Assembly: GCA_964291315.2 (NCBI GenBank)
Contig: OZ219753.1
Location: 544,001-608,000 of the forward strand
Reading direction: 5' to 3'
Length of the DNA stretch: 64,000 nucleotides
Origin: Candidatus Poribacteria bacterium
Lineage (GTDB): Bacteria > Poribacteria > WGA-4E > WGA-3G
Numbering within the stretch: the first letter of the stretch is position 1; the number at the start of each line of letters is the position of its first letter. The notes beneath the pieces are model-generated. The model saw only the letters and a program-made list of their open reading frames with translations, did no database searches and had not been told where the DNA came from. Positions 1-9,565 of this stretch are shown in pieces. Both the position numbers and the translations under genes were made by a program.

Positions 1-6
1 GAGCAA

Positions 7-1395
7 ATGCTCACTGAGTTTGAGACACTCTATAAACTCGGTTGGAACGGGCCAATGTTTGTCGTCGATGACAACTTTATCGGTAACAAGCGCGACGCAA
101 TGCGCCTGCTCCCTGCTGTTACCAAATGGCAGGCAGAACGTCAATTCCCGTTTTCACTTTATACTGAAGCAAGTGTGAACCTTGTCGAAATACCAGAAAT
201 GCTCGATGCAATGAGTGGAGCCGGTTTTAATATGGTTTTCCTCGGTATCGAAAGCCCGAATGAGAAAGCGCTGATTAGCACCTCCAAAGGGCAGAACACA
301 AGCAAACAAGAAGATGCAAGCAGCTACCTATTGCAAGCTGTCAGAAAGATACAGAGTAAAGGGATGGAGGTTACTGGCGGGTTTATCATCGGGCTCGATG
401 GCGATACCGAATTTGATTCGCATATCAATTTTATTCAGGAAGCCGGGATCCCGATGGCCATGGCGGGGCTGCTTACCGCATTGAAAGAGACTGACCTCTG
501 GCATCGATTGAAGAGAGAAGACCGACTACTTGTGGAATCAAGCGGAAATAATACGGATATGACGCTCAATTTTGTTCCCGAAATGCCACGAGAAAAGCTC
601 ATCCGGGAGTATCGCAGGGTTATATCCGTCCTCTACGACCCGACCTTGAAAAACTATTTCGCTCGATGTTTAAAGCTCCTTGAACACATGCCTAAAACCC
701 AACATAATGTCAGATCTATCCGTATGACAGAAGTCCGCGCCTTTATCCGCTCAATCCAGAAGCAACTTTTTTCAAAACAAGGATTAGAATACGCCCGGTT
801 TTTGATGAAGTCCCTCAAAGACTATCCTACTATGTTCCCAGAAGCCGTACGATTGGCCGTTATGGGTTACCACCTCGAAAAGATAACACGCCACACCGTT
901 GCTGTTGAAGCTTTCAGAAGCTTCTTAGCTCGTGAAATGGAAACCTTTAAAGAGGAAGTTTCCCAGTTCACTCAGGTACAAGGGGAACGCATGAATGAGA
1001 TCCAAAACTATTCACGTCAACTCTTTGCTCGTGTTAAAACGGAATACAATACCATTCACAAAGATTTTCGGTACGCCGCACACACCGCGCTCACCGGTTT
1101 CCAAGAGTCAATGTTCAAAGAATACTTAGAGGCAGAGCTCAAAGCCTTCAAAAATGCTGCGAGCGCATTTGCGAAAACGCAGAGCGCCCGCCTTGGCGAG
1201 TTACAAACTTACGTCCATAAGCTCTTTGTCCGGGTCCGTGTACAACACGCGCAACTCTATGACAGTTTCAAATATCACACCGACGACCTGAGCTGTCACA
1301 CCCAAGAAGCTTTCGATGTTTTCCGTGAATCTATGGCCCGGCATTTAGAGCAACTCTTCGGCTCCGTCCCCGTGCAGATCGAAAACCTCACCTAA
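7..1395 (+). CDS. B12-binding radical SAM protein (DUF4070-type C-terminus), 5'-truncated at window edge
   Basis: FVVDDNFIGN, EASVNL, VFLGIES and GGFIIGLDGD motifs typical of class B radical SAM proteins; the CxxxCxxC motif would lie upstream of the window. Confidence 0.8.
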   Translation: MLTEFETLYKLGWNGPMFVVDDNFIGNKRDAMRLLPAVTKWQAERQFPFSLYTEASVNLVEIPEMLDAMSGAGFNMVFLGIESPNEKALISTSKGQNTSKQEDASSYLLQAVRKIQSKGMEVTGGFIIGLDGDTEFDSHINFIQEAGIPMAMAGLLTALKETDLWHRLKREDRLLVESSGNNTDMTLNFVPEMPREKLIREYRRVISVLYDPTLKNYFARCLKLLEHMPKTQHNVRSIRMTEVRAFIRSIQKQLFSKQGLEYARFLMKSLKDYPTMFPEAVRLAVMGYHLEKITRHTVAVEAFRSFLAREMETFKEEVSQFTQVQGERMNEIQNYSRQLFARVKTEYNTIHKDFRYAAHTALTGFQESMFKEYLEAELKAFKNAASAFAKTQSARLGELQTYVHKLFVRVRVQHAQLYDSFKYHTDDLSCHTQEAFDVFRESMARHLEQLFGSVPVQIENLT

Positions 1396-1402
1396 CCTAC
1401 CC

Positions 1403-2926
1403 ATGGCATGTGTTGAGATAAAAAATCTCGGCTTCACATATCCGGGTCATCGAACACCCACACTGCACGGCATTACGACGCAGGTGCCTTACGGGGCTTT
1501 TGTACTGCTGACGGGCCCAACAGGATGTGGTAAATCCACGCTGCTACGGACACTGAACGGGCTAATTCCACACGCCTCTGCAGGTACGCTTGCGGGGACG
1601 GTGCTTCTCAACGGCAAGGACATCGCTACACAACCGCTTGTCGCTACATGTCGACAGATCGCACTTCTTTTTCAAAACCCTGATGATCAGCTTTTTTGCA
1701 CTTTAGTCGAAGATGAAATAGCCTTTGGGCTCGAAAATCTCAGTGTCCCCTCTGAAAAAATTAAGGAACGAATCGATTTTGCCCTAGAAAAGGTGGGACT
1801 CGCTGGGTTCGAGAACCAGCAAATATCATCGCTCTCTGGCGGTCAAAAACAACGGGTCGCTCTCGCCGCTGTCTGCGCAATGCAACCGCAAGTCTTGCTC
1901 CTTGATGAACCCACAAGCCACTTGGATCCACAAGGAACGCGGGACATCCTCGCTACCGTCGCGAAACTCAATAGGGAAATGGGGGTAACAGTCATATTGG
2001 CGACCCATCGAACCAGAAAGGTTGCTCCGATCTGCAGTCACATATGGCTGATGGACAATGGGCTCCTCTGCCTAGACCTAACGAAAGCGGAGGCTCTTCA
2101 AAATAAAGCTCCATATCGACGTTTAGGTGTGCAAGTTCCTTTTGAGGAGAAAACGCCATCTACAGCACCACTTTCCCCTCGCGCAACTCCTGCTATACCA
2201 AATTCAAGAGATCTTAGCCTAAGTATCCGTGATCTCTATTTTCGCTATCCAAATGCTGATAAGGACACCCTCCGAGCGGTCTCTTGCGAAACGCGTGGCG
2301 GAGAAGTGCTCGCTATCATGGGAGCAAACGGGTCTGGTAAAACAACCTTAATTCATCTCATTGCAGGTCTACTGCATCCATCAGCGGGGGAAATAACGAT
2401 TGCAGGAAACGGACACCATCGAGTGAAACTTCACCAATTAGCCGGTAAAGTCGGCATTGTCTTTCAAAATCCGGATCTACTACTACAGGCGAAAACTGTC
2501 CGGGACGAAGTGGAATTTGGCCCAAAAAACCTCAAACTGCCAACAGATACCCTTGAAAAACGAGTAAAAAAAACGCTTACACGGTTTGACTTAACTCATC
2601 TTTCATCAGAAGCGCCGTATGCATTATCACGAGGGCAGCGTCAACGTCTCGCTGTTGCAGCAAATTTTTCACTGCATCCCGATCTTTTCCTTCTTGATGA
2701 ACCAACCACCGGGCAAGATGCACAGCACCTCTCCCGATTAATGGATACGCTTTACGATGAAATACGCCGTGGGTGTAAAACTCTCATTTTTGCAACCCAT
2801 GATACCGATCTCACCTTGAAATACGCAGATCGTGTTCTCTTACTGCGCTACGGCCAGATAATTTTTGATGGCAGTCCTGAGATAGCGTTCAATAATTCCG
2901 AGCTTCTAGCTCAAGCATCCCTATAA
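1403..2926 (+). CDS. ECF-type transporter ATPase with two fused ABC domains
   Basis: Two Walker A motifs (GPTGCGKS, GANGSGKT), two FQNPD Q-loops, LSGGQ/LSRGQ signatures, two LDEPT Walker B motifs. Confidence 0.9.
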   Translation: MACVEIKNLGFTYPGHRTPTLHGITTQVPYGAFVLLTGPTGCGKSTLLRTLNGLIPHASAGTLAGTVLLNGKDIATQPLVATCRQIALLFQNPDDQLFCTLVEDEIAFGLENLSVPSEKIKERIDFALEKVGLAGFENQQISSLSGGQKQRVALAAVCAMQPQVLLLDEPTSHLDPQGTRDILATVAKLNREMGVTVILATHRTRKVAPICSHIWLMDNGLLCLDLTKAEALQNKAPYRRLGVQVPFEEKTPSTAPLSPRATPAIPNSRDLSLSIRDLYFRYPNADKDTLRAVSCETRGGEVLAIMGANGSGKTTLIHLIAGLLHPSAGEITIAGNGHHRVKLHQLAGKVGIVFQNPDLLLQAKTVRDEVEFGPKNLKLPTDTLEKRVKKTLTRFDLTHLSSEAPYALSRGQRQRLAVAANFSLHPDLFLLDEPTTGQDAQHLSRLMDTLYDEIRRGCKTLIFATHDTDLTLKYADRVLLLRYGQIIFDGSPEIAFNNSELLAQASL

Positions 2927-3063
2927 CAATTCCTTCCTATTTGCTAGTCAAGTTTGATCGTTTCAACCATCATCGATGTGTGTTAGCGGGGAGGTCTACC
3001 TGTCTATCGCATCTGTTATAATTTACCCTAAATGAAGGATCCTCAAATAGATCCATGAGAATA

Positions 3064-3092
3064 TTGACAACCTTTACCAGATATGTTATGCT
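3064..3092 (+). promoter_or_regulatory. sigma70-type promoter
   Basis: TTGACA-17 nt-TATGCT with TG extended -10, upstream of the 3248 ORF. Confidence 0.55.
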
Positions 3093-3247
3093 CTAGTTAG
3101 TTAAACGGTTACTCGGGAAGAACTTCAAGCTGCATGTATTGGCCACGCGCACGAATTCACACCGCTACAAGTGATCCTCTTTGGTTTCCATGCCTAAGCA
3201 CGTCCACCGAAGACTGATGATGTAGCCTCACTCATCGATTTGAATGA

Positions 3248-3970
3248 ATGTTTAAAAAACTTCTATCTGTCATTACCTTTTTATCTTTCTTTTTAAACAT
3301 GGACACGCTCCACGCTGCTCCACTAAAGACGCTTTCCTTAGATTTTACGCGAGAATTAACGGAAAATAAAAAGACGGAGTATATCACAGGTACACTTCAC
3401 TATGATGTCAAAAAATCACGCGTCGTCGTTGAAGTCAACCGCCCCATCAAGCAGCTAATGATTGTAAAAGGCAATGTGCTGGAAATTTACTATCCTGTCG
3501 AGAAACAGGCGTTCCGTTTCAACGCCGAGGGCCCGGTTCCACTACCATTTGTGGAATCCATTATCCAAGCTACACAAGCTGAGTACAGGTTGACAGAATT
3601 ATTGGGGTACACCCTCGACAAGCATGAAGTTGTGGACAGAGTGCTCTACACTTATTGGATCCCACCTGAAAAAAGAAAAAATAATCTGGGCACTGTTGTC
3701 CTCGGGATCCGTGACGATATGCTTATTTCTACTGAAATGAAAGACTCATATGGTCATGTCATAGCAAGAACACTCTATCAGGATCACAGCAAAATAGGCA
3801 TCAATTATATTCCGATGAAGGTTGTCGCTACTACATATGATGAGACCTCTCGCCTGCTTCAGCGTGAAAAAATTTTCTATAGCAACCCACACGTGAATGC
3901 AGAACATTCAACTGCCATCCTGAATGTCGCAATCCCAGAATCTGTCGAGGTTAAAGAGATCAAATGGTAA
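3248..3970 (+). CDS. secreted LolA/outer-membrane lipoprotein carrier-like protein
   Basis: Signal peptide (…TLHA), then LSLDFTRE…GTLHY…VVVEVNRPIKQLMIVKG…IYYP pattern resembling the LolA beta-sheet fold. Confidence 0.55.
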   Translation: MFKKLLSVITFLSFFLNMDTLHAAPLKTLSLDFTRELTENKKTEYITGTLHYDVKKSRVVVEVNRPIKQLMIVKGNVLEIYYPVEKQAFRFNAEGPVPLPFVESIIQATQAEYRLTELLGYTLDKHEVVDRVLYTYWIPPEKRKNNLGTVVLGIRDDMLISTEMKDSYGHVIARTLYQDHSKIGINYIPMKVVATTYDETSRLLQREKIFYSNPHVNAEHSTAILNVAIPESVEVKEIKW

Positions 3971-4407
3971 ATTGCTCTATCTATTCTATCTTTTTCCTTG
4001 TCTGTATCTGCTGTTTATGGATTTTTATGTCCACGTTGCCGATCTCCGCAGGTGAATCGGAAGATCTTGAGTTCATTCGCAAATTTAACCCTGTGACAAT
4101 GCAGAAGCCAAGACAGGTTGCCCGCTTCAATCCTCGGGAAACGTCGACGTTCAAACTCGCTGCGACGGGGTTGATACGTTTCTACCAGAAATTTATCTCT
4201 AGTCAAGACATACCGACTTGCAACTTCCAGCCGACTTGTTCACGTTTCGGAATGGCGTGTATACAGAAGTACGGTATGCTACGCGGTGTGCTGCTTACCG
4301 CTGATAGGTTGCTTCGATGCAACGGATCGCAACCGCGGCATTATCACAAGGATGAAGCAACAGGTAAATATATTGATCCTATTTCCGACTATGCAACCCT
4401 GAAGTAG
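3964..4407 (+). CDS. YidD-family (membrane protein insertion efficiency factor) domain protein with N-terminal signal peptide
   Basis: LIRFYQKFIS…CNFQPTCSRF…YG…RLLRCN carries the three conserved YidD cysteines; not in the usual rnpA-yidD-yidC context. Confidence 0.8.
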   Translation: MVNCSIYSIFFLVCICCLWIFMSTLPISAGESEDLEFIRKFNPVTMQKPRQVARFNPRETSTFKLAATGLIRFYQKFISSQDIPTCNFQPTCSRFGMACIQKYGMLRGVLLTADRLLRCNGSQPRHYHKDEATGKYIDPISDYATLK

Positions 4408-4480
4408 TGCCAACACTCCTGATTCAATTTGGCAACTACGGCAGGTTATAGTATTAATTCGAAGCTCTGAACCAGCAAAG

Positions 4481-5422
4481 TTGAACTTCACTACGTCCGT
4501 CAAATCTATGAATGCTATGAACACTCCGCAACTTTATAACTTCCTATTCATAATCCCTCTAACAATTACATGTCTATCCTTTATATCCGTTACATCCGCT
4601 GAAGAACCTATCGAATACTACGCTCCCGAAAACGTTCGCAAATTCTCCGATTTTCTATATCAACAAGGCGATTATCTCCGCGCCGCGGCTGAATATCAAC
4701 GTTACCTTTTTTATCTTCCCGAAGCCGTAGAAGAAGGTGAACAGGTTCGCTATAAAATTGCCCTCTGTTATCGTTTTACCGGGAATGGAGAGAAAGCAAT
4801 TCAAAATTTCAAAACGCTTTTGGAGTTGTACCCACAAAGCCGGTTCGCAAGCCGAACTTACTACCAAATTGGGGCTACCTATTTTCTGATGGATCAATTT
4901 GAACAGTCTGAACAGTTTTTACTTGAAGCGCTGCCCCACATAAACGACACACGACAACACGCCGAAGTCGAGCAACTTGTTGGGCTCTCTTATCTGATGC
5001 GGAAGGAGTGGTCTCAGGCAGGTGAAGTTTTCAAAACGTTGCAGAGCTCAAGCGTAACCTCTGTCAGGGAAAAAGCATCAGTCTATCGCATTTACACAGA
5101 GACAGGAAGGCAGCTCCCCAAGCGAAATCCATTCTTAGCAGGCGTACTTTCTACAATTCTACCCGGGGCAGGACGACTCTATACGGGACGTATCGTTGAT
5201 GCAGTAACGTCTCTGTTGACGGTAGGTCTGGCGAGTTGGCAGGCTTACGAAGGTTTCCGAAATGATGGACTTTCATCAGCGAAAGGATGGACGCTTGGCA
5301 CAATTGGAGGTCTCTTCTATATTGGCAACATCTACGGTTCTGTAATTGCTGCACAAGTTTATAACCAAGGTATAGAAGACGAATTTTTAGCAACCGTCGT
5401 ATCTGTAGAATTACCGTACTGA
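4481..5422 (+). CDS. TPR protein with C-terminal hydrophobic TM2/DUF5683-like domain
   Basis: Signal peptide, TPR-like helices (GDYLRAAAEYQRY…), C-terminal LSTILPGAGRLYTG motif; true start may be 4508 or 4517. Confidence 0.7.
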   Translation: MNFTTSVKSMNAMNTPQLYNFLFIIPLTITCLSFISVTSAEEPIEYYAPENVRKFSDFLYQQGDYLRAAAEYQRYLFYLPEAVEEGEQVRYKIALCYRFTGNGEKAIQNFKTLLELYPQSRFASRTYYQIGATYFLMDQFEQSEQFLLEALPHINDTRQHAEVEQLVGLSYLMRKEWSQAGEVFKTLQSSSVTSVREKASVYRIYTETGRQLPKRNPFLAGVLSTILPGAGRLYTGRIVDAVTSLLTVGLASWQAYEGFRNDGLSSAKGWTLGTIGGLFYIGNIYGSVIAAQVYNQGIEDEFLATVVSVELPY

Positions 5423-5521
5423 CCTGTCTGCCGCGCGCCTCTTAATCCCTGGTTCACCGGTGAGGTTTCTAACCCAAAAACGTTTAACCCCGAGCAATGA
5501 GTTCTGGTGGGGTGCTCAGAT

Positions 5522-7036
5522 TTAATCGCTAAACAGATCATGTTTTAGAAAAATATCTCCATCAAAATCTGCGACCTGATGCTGCAGCTGACGTTTCGCC
5601 GCTAGTGTGCCAATAACTGGAACATCAAAAGAGATAGATTGTTGGATACCGCTGCGGTTGTACACCGCCCAACCTTTTTCAAACTCACGGACGAAGAGTC
5701 CCGGAGTTCCTTGATACTTAACGGCTTTCTTTGCTATCGGTCGACCGAGGTCTATATCCCAGAATTCGTACCAGTTGTGCAAATGGTCGGAGGTTGGTAT
5801 AACGTTGTCATCACTAAAAAGCACGTACCCATCAGAATGTGTTAAGCTGAGCGTGGTAAACGTCCGCATCCACTGTCGGTTCTCTTCGCTATTTCGCTCC
5901 GCAACCCGTGTATTGAGATCCCCCATATAATTTGTTACAACGCGCCAACCCTCTAGACAATTGATTCTCGGCTCTCTCAGGTGTTGTTCCGCCCATAGCA
6001 GTGTCCTTTCGATTCGTAGCATCTGTTCAAGGCTGTATCCGCTATCGTAGTCTGGTTTATAACACTCCATGAAAATACCGTTCACATGCTGCGCTGACTT
6101 CGGAATCTGACGCATATTCGCGTTGACGAGAATTAGAAAGTTCTCCGTCACTGCTGCCCGTATTTTGCGTAAAATCGCCAACCTGGCTTCTAACTCGACT
6201 TCCCGTGTGAGAATTGTATCAGACCAATCATCAACACGGATTGGACTAGTTGCATAGTCCTCGTTCCACCAATCAAGCATGATCCCGTCAAAAAGCCCAG
6301 ATTTGTCTAATGCTACTGCTTGCTTGACTATCAAATTCTGCACTTCTGGGTTTGTGAAGTTTATGAGGTAGTTGAGAACTGTGTCGTTCTCGTCGATTTT
6401 CCCATTCCCGTTTGTGTCTTCACCCCAACCGATGACAGGTTTACCGTGGCTATCTTTCAACCAATAAGGTGAATCCGGCGGATAAAACCCGACCTCCCAC
6501 CAGTTTCCCACACTCGTTTCACTTTGACGCGACAAATACCTTGCATCCCGGTACCGAATTTCGACGAGCAACAAAAGATTCGGATTTAAGGATAAGAGCT
6601 CGGATTTTCTATGATGCGCTGTATCTAACCGACTCGGCTGCAAATCTGACGCTAATCCTGAATAAGGCTGCTCCTCTGATATATTCCAAGGGATGCTTAA
6701 CAACGTGTACGGATCCGCAAAAACGAGATTGTGCCGAACCATTTTTTTGACCTCGCTTTCATCCGGTCTATTTTCTATACCGCTCCACGCCTGAAAGATT
6801 GAAGGATAATTTCGCTGCACGTTTTCAGCACCTGCCACTAGCTCTCCTAAAATGAGAAGAGCAATAAGATGAGATAAAGCTAGTAAAAAAACACGCTGAA
6901 TACCGATAGCCAGACTGAAATTTGAGTTGCAGGATCTCATAGAAGTTAAATTCTCAATCAGTTTTGAAAACGTCATAATTCTCTCGCTATCCGTTTCTTT
7001 TCTCACTGAATCACAGGCACCGGTTATTGATTCCAC
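5522..7036 (-). CDS. putative glycoside hydrolase-like (GHL15-type TIM barrel) secreted protein
   Basis: YPSIFQAW, FDGIMLDWW, NGIFME and REPRINCLEG motifs, with a DxNxNG calcium-loop insert; start uncertain. Confidence 0.55.
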   Translation of the reverse strand: MESITGACDSVRKETDSERIMTFSKLIENLTSMRSCNSNFSLAIGIQRVFLLALSHLIALLILGELVAGAENVQRNYPSIFQAWSGIENRPDESEVKKMVRHNLVFADPYTLLSIPWNISEEQPYSGLASDLQPSRLDTAHHRKSELLSLNPNLLLLVEIRYRDARYLSRQSETSVGNWWEVGFYPPDSPYWLKDSHGKPVIGWGEDTNGNGKIDENDTVLNYLINFTNPEVQNLIVKQAVALDKSGLFDGIMLDWWNEDYATSPIRVDDWSDTILTREVELEARLAILRKIRAAVTENFLILVNANMRQIPKSAQHVNGIFMECYKPDYDSGYSLEQMLRIERTLLWAEQHLREPRINCLEGWRVVTNYMGDLNTRVAERNSEENRQWMRTFTTLSLTHSDGYVLFSDDNVIPTSDHLHNWYEFWDIDLGRPIAKKAVKYQGTPGLFVREFEKGWAVYNRSGIQQSISFDVPVIGTLAAKRQLQHQVADFDGDIFLKHDLFSD

Positions 7037-9260
7037 CAGTACGTTAATTTCCCAACAACAGTCCAGCTGAGAAGTTCTAAACCATTGCTTCGGGTATCGT
7101 AGCTTTGATCGAAAACGAGATAGAAATCGCTGCCCGGACGGTAAATGTAATTGAGCAGGAAGCTCGTAGAGAGCACGTCTCTATTAGTACTCCACTGCGC
7201 GAATAATTTCGCGAAAAGTGTCGTGAAGAAAGAATAGCCGACACGCCCTCCCAAAGCATTCGCGTCGAATTCCTGATTCGGAAGCGTGATGCGATTAAAT
7301 TCGATGAAAGGTTCAAGACTCAACTGAGCTGTCGGTCTGGCGATGACATCTATTAAGAAACCGCGCCGCTGCCCGCTATAAAACTCACCAAACCCCACTT
7401 GCAACTGTCCAGTAATCATGCGACTGCTGCTAGTCTGACCCGATACCTGAAATGATGTGAAATTGTAGTCGTCAACAGGAATACTAACGCTTTGGATCCA
7501 AAAGTCCCGACCAAGATTTTCTGTCGTATTTTTGATCTCAAAACTGATGTTATCTCCTGTCTTAAACTCAAATTGCAGGTCGAAGGTTATCTCCTGCGTT
7601 TCCAGCTCGTTTTCCTGTGTCAGCACAAGGTCTATTTCTGGTCCGATTTGAATTTCGCGAATGCCAAACTTATCTGGCCACGGAGTGTAACCGGCACCGC
7701 CGCGCAAGCGGCGGACATCTTTACGTTCTACATAACCGACTTCAGGATTAAAGTCTTCACCGATGTCCGTGTATGAAGCATCGAGTCGGAACAGGTTTGT
7801 TCGCCAATCACCGCCGATAAAGAAGGCGTTATTATTGCCAAGAATATCTGCTTCAAAGGTCCGTGACCACAACCCTTGGATATTAATTTTGCGCGTCGGA
7901 CGGTATGAAAAGTCAACCCCCACCGTGCGATTGTAAACATCCACATCTTGTTTGTTGATAAGAATGCCGCCAACGGTCGATCCTGTGAGTATATCTCTAT
8001 TCACACGCATCACTGAATAATTTGTACGAGGTTCGTCAACGCGCGGCTCACCTATCTGAAATTCGTCATCCCTAATATTGTTCGTTAATACGTTCAGAAT
8101 CCCAATACCGTAGGAACCGACTTTACCCGTCATTTTCCCGCCTGCAATAATAGGAATCGCCATGCCTTTTGCAAGCCCAATCCTACGGCTATAAAAAAGA
8201 AGTAAGGGTGGTGGACTATCAAAATTCGGACGTGGAGCTCCAACATCGAAGATACTTGCACCTTCTAAGAAAAACGGACGCTGCTCCGGAAAAAACAGAC
8301 TGAACCGGGTAAGGTTTACCTGTTCTTGGTCCGCTTCTACCTGTGCAAAGTCCGTGTTAAACGTCAAATCAGCAGTTAAATTCGGGGTTACTCCATACTT
8401 GAGATCCAAGCCTGCCTCCAGTACACGCTCAACGCCCTCTGCCGACGAGCCGCTGCTTGCCCCCGGTAGGATATAAGGCAGCAGCTCCAGATGTCTTGAT
8501 GGTGAAATACCTTCTATCCCTTCAAGCGTACCGAAATAAGCAGTGCGATACTTTCCCAAGCCACCGTAAGTCTTCGGGGCTTCGTTCCACGCGGCAATTT
8601 CTTGTTTTCTCGCGATTTCACGTCCGAAATTTACGCCCCAGCTCATGACATCGCTTTTTTCAAAACGGAGTTGACTAAACGGAATAGCAATCTCGGCTGT
8701 CCAATACGCTTCATTCATCCTACAGCGGCACTCCCAAACGATATCCCAGCTTCCGTTGCGGCTGTCCCCACTCTTGGAGACCGCAGTGTCTTCTATCCGC
8801 CAACAGGAGTGAAGCGAAAGAAAACAGCATTTCGACGATCGTTATAAGTATCTAACAATAGAAAACCATAGTCATTAGAGCGCAAACCCGGAGAATCCCG
8901 ACGCATGTCATTCGCAACAATCTTGTCCATCTCTGAATCAAAAAAAGTGAATCCGAAATACAGTTTTTTGTCATCATAGAGAATACGGATTTCGGAAGAT
9001 TCTGTTGCAGGTTCGCCTTGATCAGGTTGGATTTGGTATAACTGACGAATCGGTTCTACGCTTTGCCAAACAGGCTCGTCAAGCACACCGTCAATCTCAA
9101 CCGCCTCAGATATCCGGTGTGCTGACATGCGTGGGAACGCACGTTCAGCTTCCACATCAACCTCCTGTAAAACGGATAAACCGCACATCCAGAGTAATGC
9201 AAAAAAAGCAAGATTCCGCACATACAACGAATGCTGAAAGTTAGTTGTGAAAAATCTCAT
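7024..9260 (-). pseudogene. CBM9-like/DUF5916 outer-membrane protein split by a frameshift near 8795 (or sequencing error)
   Basis: 5' part (signal peptide, IDGVLDEPVW, LDTYNDRRNA) stops at GGC GGA TAG; a shifted frame continues EDTAVSKSGDSRNGSWDIVWECRCR directly into the 7024..8718 ORF (NTDFAQVEAD…NLTRFSLFFPEQRPFF). Confidence 0.75.
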
Positions 9261-9565
9261 ATAAGTTAAAACGCCCGTTTATTTATAAGATAAGGTAAAG
9301 TGTGGCTATTAAGAATGCCGCCTACAAACAGCGCTATTAAGTTCCGCTTTTTACATCAACGACGATAGGCGCTAGTTTCTATACCATCACGTCTACCCGG
9401 GCACCTCCGAATTGTTGAATTCGATCCAAACTGCCGGGTTGAAAAAGCGGTAATAAATTGGATCATTGTGGGCATATTGCCTCTCCAGACGAATAAGTCA
9501 TTAAGACCAGCGTCAATATCAGCCATCCAGACATCCGCACATTTGGTTTCCGCTTCGGTTTTCAG

